Assembly: GCA_963732385.1 (NCBI GenBank) | Contig: CAVSZB010000007.1 | Location: 1,440,001 to 1,504,000, forward strand | Direction: 5' to 3' | DNA length: 64,000 nucleotides | Source of the DNA: an uncultured bacterium | GTDB lineage: Bacteria > Krumholzibacteriota > Krumholzibacteriia > LZORAL124-64-63 | Shown: positions 52,301-60,736 of the stretch, piece after piece | How positions within the stretch are numbered: position 1 is the stretch's first letter | How the letters are laid out: the number at the start of each line of letters is the position of its first letter | Position numbers and translations under genes: made by a program | The notes under the pieces: model-generated | Databases searched by the model: none | Seen by the model: only the letters and a program-made list of their open reading frames with translations | Told to the model about the DNA's origin: nothing

Positions 52301-53548
52301 TTACATGCCGTACTTCTCGATGATCTCCTTCTTGCCCAGACCGAGAATGCCGTACTTGGCGCCGACCTTCTTGAAGGCGGCGAGGCCCTTGTCGAGGTGG
52401 CTCTGGTCGTGCGCGGCCGAGAGCTGGGTGCGGATGCGGGCCTGAGCCTTCGCCACGACCGGGAAGAAGAAGCCGACCACGTAGATGCCCTCCTGGAACA
52501 TGTCGCGGGCCACGTCCTGGGCGAGCTTGGCGTTGTAGAGCATCACGGGGACGATCGGGCTGTCGCCGGCCTTGATATCGAGGCCGATCTCCTGCAGGCC
52601 CTTGCGCCAGTACGCGGTGTTCCATTCGAGCTTGTCGCGGCGCGCGGTGCTGGCGGAGATCAGGTCCAGGACCTTCAACGCGCCCGACACGATGACCGGC
52701 GCCACCGTGTTCGAGAACAGGTAGGGACGCGCGCGCTGACGGCACATCTCGACCAGCTCCGCGCGGCCGCTCACGCACCCGCCCGAGGCGCCGCCGAGCG
52801 CCTTGCCGAGCGTCGTTGTGATAATATCGATCTTCCCGTAGACACCGCAGTGCTCGTGCGTGCCGCGGCCGGTCTTGCCGATGAAGCCCGAGGAGTGCGA
52901 GTCGTCCACGAACACCATGGCGTCGTACTTCTCGGCCAAAGAGACGATCTCGTCGAGCTTCGCGATGTCGCCGTCCATGGAGAAGACGCCGTCGGTGATG
53001 ATCAGGCGGAAGCGCTTGTCCTGGTGCTCCTGCAGCTTCTCTTCGAGGTGCGCCATGTCGGAATGCTTGTAGGTGTCCTGCATCGCCTTGCACAGGCGCA
53101 TGCCGTCCACGATGGAGGCGTGCACGAGGCGGTCGGCGATCATGATATCCTGCTCCGACAACAGAGCCTCGAAGACGCCGGCGTTGGCGTCCATGCAGGA
53201 GGGGAACAGGAGCGTGTCCTCGGTGCCGAGGAACTTCGTCAGGCTGTTCTCGAGCTGGCGATGGATGTCCTGCGTGCCGCAGATGAAGCGGACCGACGAC
53301 ATGCCGTAGCCGCGGTCATCGAGGCCGCGGCGCGCCGCCTCCACCACGTCGGGGTGGCTGGAAAGGCCGAGGTAGTTGTTGGCGCAGAGGTTGATGACCC
53401 TGCGCCCCGGCGCGCCGGCCGGGAATTCGACCTCGATGTCCGCGCCCTGCGGACTGCAGATGTAGCGCTCCTCCTTGAACAGGCCCGCGTCGCGCAGACC
53501 GGCCAGTTCCTTGCGGTACCACTCTCGTGCCTTGGCGGCGTATGCCAT
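52301..53548 (-). CDS. kbl: Glycine C-acetyltransferase-like alpha-oxoamine synthase (2-amino-3-ketobutyrate ligase)
   Basis: CANNYLGL, SVRFICGT, DGVFSMDG, TLGKALGGASGG, RPYLFSN, ARIRTQ.SAAH. RBS AGGAGG. Confidence 0.9.
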   Translation of the reverse strand: MAYAAKAREWYRKELAGLRDAGLFKEERYICSPQGADIEVEFPAGAPGRRVINLCANNYLGLSSHPDVVEAARRGLDDRGYGMSSVRFICGTQDIHRQLENSLTKFLGTEDTLLFPSCMDANAGVFEALLSEQDIMIADRLVHASIVDGMRLCKAMQDTYKHSDMAHLEEKLQEHQDKRFRLIITDGVFSMDGDIAKLDEIVSLAEKYDAMVFVDDSHSSGFIGKTGRGTHEHCGVYGKIDIITTTLGKALGGASGGCVSGRAELVEMCRQRARPYLFSNTVAPVIVSGALKVLDLISASTARRDKLEWNTAYWRKGLQEIGLDIKAGDSPIVPVMLYNAKLAQDVARDMFQEGIYVVGFFFPVVAKAQARIRTQLSAAHDQSHLDKGLAAFKKVGAKYGILGLGKKEIIEKYGM

Positions 53549-53558
53549 GACGCGCCTC

Positions 53559-53807
53559 CTACTTCTTGAAGCGCTCAACGAGCGCGGCGATGCTGTTGAT
53601 GGTGTCGAAAGCCTCGGGGCTGGCGTCGGCGTCGGGGATCTGGATGCCGAACTTCTTCTCGAGGAAACGCTTCAGCGACACCATCGAGAACGAATCCACG
53701 ATGCCGCCCGAGATCAGGGCCGTGTCGTACCCGACCACACGGTCGTCGCCGTCCTCGAGGTACTCGCGGATCACATAGTCGAGGACCGTCTTCTTCAGAT
53801 CATCCAT
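53559..53807 (-). CDS. Acyl carrier protein
   Basis: 82 aa, acidic; LISGGIVDSFSMV phosphopantetheine Ser motif; F.I.IPD.D..PE.FDT. Confidence 0.92.
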   Translation of the reverse strand: MDDLKKTVLDYVIREYLEDGDDRVVGYDTALISGGIVDSFSMVSLKRFLEKKFGIQIPDADASPEAFDTINSIAALVERFKK

Positions 53808-53821
53808 CGTTCACTCCCGGG

Positions 53822-55522
53822 TTAGTCGTCCATCAGCGTCGAAACGTCGCCGACCGGCTCGCCGAATTCCTGCGCCCGCAGGATGCGACGCACGATCTTG
53901 CCGCTGCGCGTCTTGGGCAGCGCCTGCACGAACTCGATCTCCTGCGGCATGGCCAGGGGCGACAGCCGCTTGCGGATGAAGTTCATGATCTCCAGTTCGA
54001 GGTCGTCGTTCGGCTCGTGGCCCGGCTTGAGGGTCACGAACGCCTTGACGACTTCCATGTTGACCGGATCGGGCTTGGCCACCGCGGCCGACTCGGCCAC
54101 GGCCGGGTGCTCGATCAACGCCGACTCGATCTCGAACGGCCCGACCAGATGTCCGCCGGTGTTGATCACGTCGTCGTCGCGCCCGACGAACCAGAAGTAG
54201 CCGTCCTGGTCGATGCTGGCGCGATCGCCGCAGATGTACCAGCCGTTGCGGAACTTCGACTGGTAGCCCGCCTCGTTGCGCCAGTAGCCGCGGATCTGCG
54301 ACGGCCAGCCCGGCTTGAGCGCGATCAGCCCCACGCGTCCTGGCTCCGGGTACGGCTCGTGCGTGGCCGGATTGAGCACGGTGGCGGTTATGCCGGGGAA
54401 CGGCCGTCCCATCGAGCCCGGCTTGACCTTCATGCCCGGGAAATTGGTGATCACCATGCAACCGGTCTCGGTCTGCCAGTAGGTGTCGTGGAACGGCTGG
54501 CCGAACGCCTCCTGGCCCCACACCACGGCCTCGGCGTTGAGCGGTTCGCCAACGCTGGCGAGATGGCGCAGCGAAGAGAGATCGAATTTGCGGGCGGTCG
54601 GCGTGCCTTCGCGCATAAGCAGACGAATGGCGGTCGGGGCGGAGTACCAGACCGTGATGCGATGTTTCTGGATGAAGGCATACCACTTGTCGGTGTTGAA
54701 GCCGGCATCGAGCACACACTGCGTGACGCCGTTGGCCCACGGCCCGATAATGCCGTACGAAGTGCCGGTAACCCAGCCGGGATCGGCGTTGCACCAGTAG
54801 ATGTCGTCCGGACGCAGGTCGAGCACCCACTTCGCCGTGAGGTACTGCGAGATCAGCGAGTAGTGGACGTGCTGCGCCCCCTTCGGCTGGCCCGTGGTGC
54901 CGGAGGTGTAATGCAGCACCGACGGCGTTTCCGCCCGCGACGGGAAGGCGTCGAACTTCTCCACGCGCGGCAGCTGCGCCAGATCCAGCGCGGTCTCCCG
55001 CGCCTTCAGCGGCGCGTCGCCCTGGTCCACCACGATCACATGGCGCAGACCCGGCAGACGGTCGAGAATCTTGCGCACCTTGGGCGCGTGCTTCCTCTGC
55101 GTGATGATGGCCGCGGTCTGGGCGTTGTCGAGGCGCGTCAGCAGCGATTCGTCGCCGAAGGCGGAGAACAGCGGCTGCACGATGCCGCCCATTTTCAGGA
55201 CGGCCAGGAACCCGAGGTACAGCTCCGGTACGCGATCCATGAACAGGCAGACCCGCTCGCCCGGCTGGAGCCCGAGCCCCTGCAGGTGGACCGCCAGGGT
55301 GTTCGTGAGCAGGCGCAGGTCGTCGAACGTGTAGGTGCGCGATTCGCCCCGGTGATCCTCCCAGATCAGCGCCTGCTTCGCGCCGAGGCCGAGCTCACAG
55401 ATACGGTCGCTGCAGTGCCAGCCGATGTTGAGAGGCTCGCCCTTGCGATACCCCAGCTCCTTTTCGGCCTGTGACCAGTCGAAATCCCGCAGACGTTCCT
55501 CGTAGCTCGGGCTGTTGCTCAT
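53822..55522 (-). CDS. acsA: Acetate--CoA/ACP ligase (AMP-forming, short AcsA type)
   Basis: HYTSGTTGQPKG, ADPGWVTG, SVGEPLN, DTYWQTETG, GR.DDVI, LPKTRSGKI.RR. Confidence 0.9.
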   Translation of the reverse strand: MSNSPSYEERLRDFDWSQAEKELGYRKGEPLNIGWHCSDRICELGLGAKQALIWEDHRGESRTYTFDDLRLLTNTLAVHLQGLGLQPGERVCLFMDRVPELYLGFLAVLKMGGIVQPLFSAFGDESLLTRLDNAQTAAIITQRKHAPKVRKILDRLPGLRHVIVVDQGDAPLKARETALDLAQLPRVEKFDAFPSRAETPSVLHYTSGTTGQPKGAQHVHYSLISQYLTAKWVLDLRPDDIYWCNADPGWVTGTSYGIIGPWANGVTQCVLDAGFNTDKWYAFIQKHRITVWYSAPTAIRLLMREGTPTARKFDLSSLRHLASVGEPLNAEAVVWGQEAFGQPFHDTYWQTETGCMVITNFPGMKVKPGSMGRPFPGITATVLNPATHEPYPEPGRVGLIALKPGWPSQIRGYWRNEAGYQSKFRNGWYICGDRASIDQDGYFWFVGRDDDVINTGGHLVGPFEIESALIEHPAVAESAAVAKPDPVNMEVVKAFVTLKPGHEPNDDLELEIMNFIRKRLSPLAMPQEIEFVQALPKTRSGKIVRRILRAQEFGEPVGDVSTLMDD

Positions 55523-55551
55523 CCGATTCGACTCCCGGGTTCGGGTTGACG

Positions 55552-55926
55552 TTAGTCTTCGAGCACCACGCTGGCGGTGGCAAGTTCATGCGTATGGGAC
55601 AGGGTCACGTGCGCGCGCCGCACGCCACGCGCCGCCGCCAGCTCACCGAGGCGGCCGACCAGGACGAGGCGCGGTACCCCCGCGTCGCTCGCCACCTCGA
55701 CGTCGCGCCACGCCGCGCCAAAGTCCGCGGCCACGGCCAGCGCCTTGAAGACCGCCTCCTTGGCCGCGAAGCGGGCGGCGAAGTGCTGGGCAGGAAAGTG
55801 CTTGCGGTCGCAGTAGGCGATCTCGGCGGGGGTAAAGACCGTGTCGCGGAACCCCGCACCGTCGGCGGCGAGTTGCCGCGCGACCCGGGCGACCTCGATC
55901 AGATCGATGCCAATGCCGAGAATCAT
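55552..55926 (-). CDS. acpS: Holo-ACP synthase (phosphopantetheinyl transferase)
   Basis: MILGIGIDL.EV.R, FT..E..YC, AARFAAKEA..KAL, TLSH. Confidence 0.93.
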   Translation of the reverse strand: MILGIGIDLIEVARVARQLAADGAGFRDTVFTPAEIAYCDRKHFPAQHFAARFAAKEAVFKALAVAADFGAAWRDVEVASDAGVPRLVLVGRLGELAAARGVRRAHVTLSHTHELATASVVLED

Positions 55927-55998
55927 GCGCCCGTGGCGCCACCTTGCCTGGAGCGGGAAAGCCGCGCGTCGCGGACTCCCGACCCGCGACACGACGCA

Positions 55999-56027
55999 AA
56001 CATGAGGCCCGGCCGGCACGATGGCAA
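55999..56027 (-). promoter_or_regulatory. Putative sigma70 promoter of the acpS-acsA-acp-kbl operon (TTGCCA-17-CATGTT)
   Basis: Near-consensus -35 with a 17-nt spacer, about 70 nt upstream of acpS. Confidence 0.4.
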
Positions 56028-56203
56028 GGCCGCGCCGTCGATCCCGGCAGGCCTATCCGGACCTCGTCTGTCCAAATCGAGATCGCGGCGAACCAGACCG
56101 GCTTCGCGGCGCAACTTCAAGGACGGATCTGGCCGCGGGTCGCGGAGCCGGCTAGAATGACGGCGCGCCGCGTGCGCGGCGGAGCCCACGGAAGGAGAGC
56201 GCG

Positions 56204-56974
56204 ATGCTGAAGGGACAGACGGCCCTGGTGACCGGGGCCAGTTCGGGAATCGGCCGGGCCTGCGCCGAGGCGTTTGCCCACGCGGGGTGCCGGCTCATCC
56301 TCGCCGCGAGGCGGCGTGATCGCCTGGACAAGTTCGCGGCGGCCCTGCGCACCGCGCACGGCGTGGCAACGCTCACGCTGGAGCTGGACGTGCGCGACCG
56401 CGCCGCCGTTGACGCGGCGTTGCGCCACCTGCCGGCCGACTGGGCGGAGGTCGATCTGCTCGTCAACAACGCGGGGCTCTCGCGCGGACTCGACAAGCTG
56501 CCCGCCGCCGATCCCGTGGATTACGAGGAAATGATCGACACCAACGTAAAGGGACTGCTCTGGGTGAGCCAGGCGATCCTGCCCGGCATGGTGACGCGCG
56601 ACCGCGGGCACGTAGTGAACATCGGGTCGATCGCGGGGCACCAGGTCTACGCGGGGGGCAGCGTCTATTGCGCCACCAAGCACGCGGTGGCGGCAATCAC
56701 GCAGGGGCTCCGCCTCGATCTGCTCGGCACGCTGGTGCGGGTGTCGACGGTCGATCCGGGCATGGTCGAAACCGAATTCAGCCTCGTGCGCTTCCACGGC
56801 GACGCTCCGCGCGCGAACCAGGTCTATACCCAGTTTCCCCCGCTGAGCGCGGAGGATGTGGCCGAGGCAGTGTTGTGGTGCGTGACCCGCCCGTGGCACG
56901 TCAACGTGGCGGAGATCATCCTGATGCCGACCGACCAGGCCGCGGTCTACGGGAGCCATCCGCGCGGGCGCTGA
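56204..56974 (+). CDS. ydfG: NADP-dependent SDR, YdfG/serine-allo-threonine dehydrogenase-like
   Basis: TGASSGIG, ARR, LDVRD, LVNNAGL.RG, MIDTN.KGL, Y.GG.VYCATK, PGMVETEFS.VRF.GD; symbol tentative. Confidence 0.8.
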   Translation: MLKGQTALVTGASSGIGRACAEAFAHAGCRLILAARRRDRLDKFAAALRTAHGVATLTLELDVRDRAAVDAALRHLPADWAEVDLLVNNAGLSRGLDKLPAADPVDYEEMIDTNVKGLLWVSQAILPGMVTRDRGHVVNIGSIAGHQVYAGGSVYCATKHAVAAITQGLRLDLLGTLVRVSTVDPGMVETEFSLVRFHGDAPRANQVYTQFPPLSAEDVAEAVLWCVTRPWHVNVAEIILMPTDQAAVYGSHPRGR

Positions 56975-56991
56975 GCCCCGCGCGGCGCCGG

Positions 56992-59208
56992 TCACCAGGC
57001 CGATTCGACCGCCAGCACCGTGAACCGCCGCCGCTCCGGAGGATCGCCGAACACGACTGTCTCGCCGGGGCGCCGCCCCATGAACGCCAGCGCCAGCGGC
57101 GCATTGTAGTTGAGCACCTGGTTCTCGGGATCGGCGTCCCAGGGCCCCAGGAAGATGAAAGTGGTGTCGTCCGTCTGACCCTCCTCCCGCGCCCGCACGC
57201 GCGTGCCGATGTTCACGAACGGGCTGGTCGGCAGATCGGCGGGAATCAGGCGGGCGGTGGCCAGCTCTTTTTCGATGTGGGTCGCACGGCTCGTGATCAG
57301 ATCGCGCTTCTCGAGCGCCGCCTTGTACTCCGCGTTCTCGCTCAGGTCGCCATGCGCCGCGGCCTCGCCGATCTGCCTGGCCACCTCGGGCAGGTCCACC
57401 TTGATGAGATCGTCGAATTCCTGGCGCCGGCGCTCCAGTCCGGCCGGGGTCGTGTAGATGACGTCTTCATCCCAGGGCCGTTCGGTTTCGGCAAACACCT
57501 CGGGGTGCGTCGCGCGGACGTAGCTGAGCAGCTCCTGGCGGCCGGGGGCGGTCAGCCCGCCGTTTTCCGTGATCAGGATCTTCATCCGGCGCGCGGCATC
57601 GGGATCAAGTCCGGTCATCAATTCGCGCGCCGGCAGCCCGCTGGCGCCCGAGAGCGCCTGTTGCGCCTGTGCCAGCACCCTGTGGTGGCGCTCGTCATCC
57701 GAGACGCCGCACAGGCGTCCGGTGGCGTCGGCGAGCTGCAGCAGGGCCAGGAACACGTCCAACTCCGGCAACAGCGCCATGGAGGCCAGCATCGGCGACA
57801 GTCGTGACGCCCGCCGCGCCCGCCACAGCCACACCAGCATGTCGGGGGCGGTGGTCGGACGGTCGACGACCTCGCGCAGGGCTGCCTCCAGCGCCGCGAC
57901 ATGGCCACCGTCGGCAAGCTCACGCACCATCATCTCGCCGAGCCGACGGCCGGCACGCGGCAGGATCTTGGCCCACACCGGGGCCCAGCGGTCCGGCAGC
58001 GACGCGCGCAGGAAGTCGAGCGTCACGCGCAGCAGACGTTCGTCGAGCCGGCGCGCAAGCTGCGCCAGATCCTCTATGCGTCCGAGCACCTGCGCCACGG
58101 CGTTGGGGCCGGGGCGCGGCACGGCGGCGCCGCGCGCGGCGATCTCGGCGTGGACCGCCAGACAGGCGAGCGCCAGCGGCGGATCGGCCGGCAGAAGTAC
58201 CATCGCCTGACGCGCCACAGCCTGGCCGAACCAGGCGAGCAGGTCGGGGTCGGACGGATGCTCGGTCGTGGCTTCGTCGAGATAGCCGAGCGTCAGACGC
58301 AGACGCTCCTCCGGCGTGGTCAGAGCAGTGAATTCGTCGCGCAGGCGATCCGCGCGCGTGCGGTCGGCAGCCAGGAGCCGGTAGACCGGCTGCGTGCCTC
58401 CCGTAGCCTCGATCCGCGCGTCGCGCCTGATGGCCGCCCGCGCCCCGGTCCACCACGCCGCCCAGCCCTTCTCGCCCAGCAACGTGATCACCTGCACCTT
58501 CAGATCGCGATAGCCAAGGGCGCCGTCCTTGCTCGCCTCGACGGCACGGCGGACGAATACGGCCGGTTCGGCCAGCGCGATCTCGCTCAGTAATTCGGGG
58601 CTGTAGAGCAGCAGCGCGCGGAAGTGATCCGCAGGCAGCGCAATCACGCCCGGCACCTCTTCCCGCGTGAGCGCCTGCCGGTGCTTGCCGAAACGGACCG
58701 TGATCCCCCCTCCGGCATCGAGCGTCTCCACCACGCCCGGCTCGTAGTGGCGCGACTCCTTGACGAACGCGCCCGGACGCAGACGTGTGTAGGCATCGGC
58801 CAGGTTGACGGCGTCGGCCAACGATCCGTCACCCTTGAACACCGAGCGCAGCAGGGCGGCGAGTGGCGCGTCATCGCCATGCGCCGCGGCATAGTAGCGC
58901 GGCAGCTCGCGGCGCAGCAGCCGCGATTCCGGCAGCTCCGCCGCCGCCTGGCGCGCAGCGGCCAGCGCCGTGGCCTCTCCGGCGCGCTCCGTGAGTGACG
59001 CCAGCAGCACCTCGAGCAGCGCGTCCGCCCGCTCCGCCTCACCCAGCCTGCCCACCTGTCCGACGATCGGGACCAGTTCGGCGGCCCCGATCCCCCCCTC
59101 GGCCAGCGCCTCCATCCAGGCCGTGTCCAGTTCTTCGAACTTCTGCGCGTTGGCAAGCCGGTGCAGTTTGGCCAGGCTGGGACCTTGGTGGTCTGTCGTT
59201 TCCGACAT
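56992..59208 (-). CDS. greA: GreA/GreB elongation factor with about 580-aa N-terminal extension
   Basis: C-terminal I.EA..HGDLSENAEY.AA, GPWDAD, N...PLA.A; RBS GAGGAG. Confidence 0.88.
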   Translation of the reverse strand: MSETTDHQGPSLAKLHRLANAQKFEELDTAWMEALAEGGIGAAELVPIVGQVGRLGEAERADALLEVLLASLTERAGEATALAAARQAAAELPESRLLRRELPRYYAAAHGDDAPLAALLRSVFKGDGSLADAVNLADAYTRLRPGAFVKESRHYEPGVVETLDAGGGITVRFGKHRQALTREEVPGVIALPADHFRALLLYSPELLSEIALAEPAVFVRRAVEASKDGALGYRDLKVQVITLLGEKGWAAWWTGARAAIRRDARIEATGGTQPVYRLLAADRTRADRLRDEFTALTTPEERLRLTLGYLDEATTEHPSDPDLLAWFGQAVARQAMVLLPADPPLALACLAVHAEIAARGAAVPRPGPNAVAQVLGRIEDLAQLARRLDERLLRVTLDFLRASLPDRWAPVWAKILPRAGRRLGEMMVRELADGGHVAALEAALREVVDRPTTAPDMLVWLWRARRASRLSPMLASMALLPELDVFLALLQLADATGRLCGVSDDERHHRVLAQAQQALSGASGLPARELMTGLDPDAARRMKILITENGGLTAPGRQELLSYVRATHPEVFAETERPWDEDVIYTTPAGLERRRQEFDDLIKVDLPEVARQIGEAAAHGDLSENAEYKAALEKRDLITSRATHIEKELATARLIPADLPTSPFVNIGTRVRAREEGQTDDTTFIFLGPWDADPENQVLNYNAPLALAFMGRRPGETVVFGDPPERRRFTVLAVESAW

Positions 59209-59294
59209 CAGCGACTCCTCGGGGGAATCCAGGCTCAGGGCAAGGCTCAGGTCAGTGAAGTTAGCAGGGCAACGCCGTCAGGGAAAGACACGGA

Positions 59295-59327
59295 CGGGCC
59301 GCCGGACGAAATCGCCCCGGCGGCCCG
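59295..59327 (-). terminator. Hairpin terminator after the FN3-FlgD gene
   Basis: 11-bp stem CGGGCCGCCGG/CCGGCGGCCCG; weak pyrimidine tail. Confidence 0.5.
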
Positions 59328-59353
59328 CCGATCACGGCACGCGATGCGAACAA

Positions 59354-59995
59354 CTACTTGAGCATGGTCATCTTCCAGGTACTGACCGCTCCGCCGCAGC
59401 GGAAGCGGACCACATACTGACCCGACCCGCGCACGGAACCGTTGTCATCCGCCCCGTTCCACAACGCTCCATGCCAGCCCGGCGAGCTCTCCACCGGCAG
59501 CCGGCGCACAAGATGCCCACGCAGGTCGTACACTTCGAGGCTGAGCGGCGCGCCGAGGTCGGCGTTTTCAGGCACGCCGTAGGTGATCGTGGTCTGCGGA
59601 TTGAATGGGTTCGGGAAGTTCGGCATCAGCAGGGCCGCGGAGGGTAGTTCGTCCCCGGTCTGGGGGATTTCGGGCTCGAAAAAGACCACGTCCGACGGCA
59701 GGCTGAGGGCCCCCTCGCGACCGTCAAACGCCACCCCGCTCACCTGGATCCGATGATGCACCCCACGAACCGCAGCGAATACGTACGTCGTATCCGCCGC
59801 AGTGCCATCGAGGGCTGGCGACCCGCCGTCATTGATCTTGTAGACGTTGTAGTGCGCGACGGCTGCGCCAGTGTGCGGAGCGCTCCAGCGGAACCGGACG
59901 GGCACGGTCTGCGCACCGACCACAGCCGGCACCAGCAGCGTCAGCAGCAGAGCAAAGCCAAGGATTCGTGTCGGTTTCAAGTCGACCATCTCCAT
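59354..59995 (-). CDS. Small secreted FN3-like + FlgD-Ig CTD protein
   Basis: Signal peptide ending VGA-Q; WSAP..G..V.HY.VY FN3 pattern; NFPNPFNP CTD. Start may be 59989. Confidence 0.82.
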   Translation of the reverse strand: MEMVDLKPTRILGFALLLTLLVPAVVGAQTVPVRFRWSAPHTGAAVAHYNVYKINDGGSPALDGTAADTTYVFAAVRGVHHRIQVSGVAFDGREGALSLPSDVVFFEPEIPQTGDELPSAALLMPNFPNPFNPQTTITYGVPENADLGAPLSLEVYDLRGHLVRRLPVESSPGWHGALWNGADDNGSVRGSGQYVVRFRCGGAVSTWKMTMLK

Positions 59996-60051
59996 GCCTC
60001 GTTCGATCCTTCGTGACGTTCGGCTAAGATGCTGGATGTATCGACTGAAAC

Positions 60052-60067
60052 TGCAACTCCGGTGCCA
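60052..60067 (-). promoter_or_regulatory. Sigma54 (-24/-12) promoter
   Basis: Minus strand reads TGGCAC-CGGAG-TTGCA, 56 nt upstream of the ATG. Confidence 0.75.
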
Positions 60068-60376
60068 CGGTCTCCATACACTCGGCCTGCGCTCTCGCAA
60101 CCGGCTTTTCCTTAACGAGTTGAGCGCCCTCCACAGTTCGCGATCTTCATCGTTCCCCACCGCGCATCTGGCCGCGCTCTCCTTATTTGCCACGGCCTGC
60201 GGCTCCCCCAGAGAAACAAAAGGGATTCCCGAGCGGCCTGTCAAGAGTGATTTCCTCCGAGACGATCGTGCCGTCTTGTTCCCCGGACTATCCCTCCGCG
60301 CCGCCTTGTCCGTCGGCAGCGCGCGTGCTAGCCTGTATCGACCGGCTGCCGGTGCCTGTTTACAGGAAGGTGCAGG

Positions 60377-60736
60377 ATGCAAGCGAATCGTCGCCGCGAA
60401 ATCGCGCTGCTGGCAGGCGTATCGATATTGATGATCGCGATCGGAGCAGCCAATCTGCGCGCCTCAAGGCGCGATACGGCCACGCTCGTCTGTCTCTCGA
60501 ACATGCGCACGCTGCTGCGCGGCGCCGACGTCTTCGCCGCCAGCCACACCCTGTCCGGTCCTTCGCTGGACCTGGCGCAGCTCGCGCAGACCGGGCTCGT
60601 TACCGAGAAGGTCGGTCGCTGCCCCCTCGGGACCGGCCCCGGCCCCGACTATCTGGTCACCCTGCGCGACGGCCGCCCGCTGCGGATCGTCTGTCTCGTC
60701 GATTCCACGCGACACCGCTGGAACGCCGAACCGTGA
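60377..60736 (+). CDS. Pilin/pseudopilin-like small protein
   Basis: N-terminal TM helix, C..N.R.L helix, L...G.....CP...Y...C..H; RBS GGAAGG. Confidence 0.6.
   Translation: MQANRRREIALLAGVSILMIAIGAANLRASRRDTATLVCLSNMRTLLRGADVFAASHTLSGPSLDLAQLAQTGLVTEKVGRCPLGTGPGPDYLVTLRDGRPLRIVCLVDSTRHRWNAEP

Noticed and set aside
52301..55926. Operon as sphingolipid synthesis (Spt) or biotin synthesis (BioF)
   Set aside because: The synthase has Kbl-type motifs (SVRFICGT, RPYLFSN), the ligase has a short-chain pocket, and no ceramide or bio genes are adjacent. Kept only as an architectural analogy.
55927..56203. Glycine riboswitch upstream of the kbl operon
   Set aside because: Only a generic hairpin; I could not find the conserved aptamer motifs. 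An Rfam scan would settle it.
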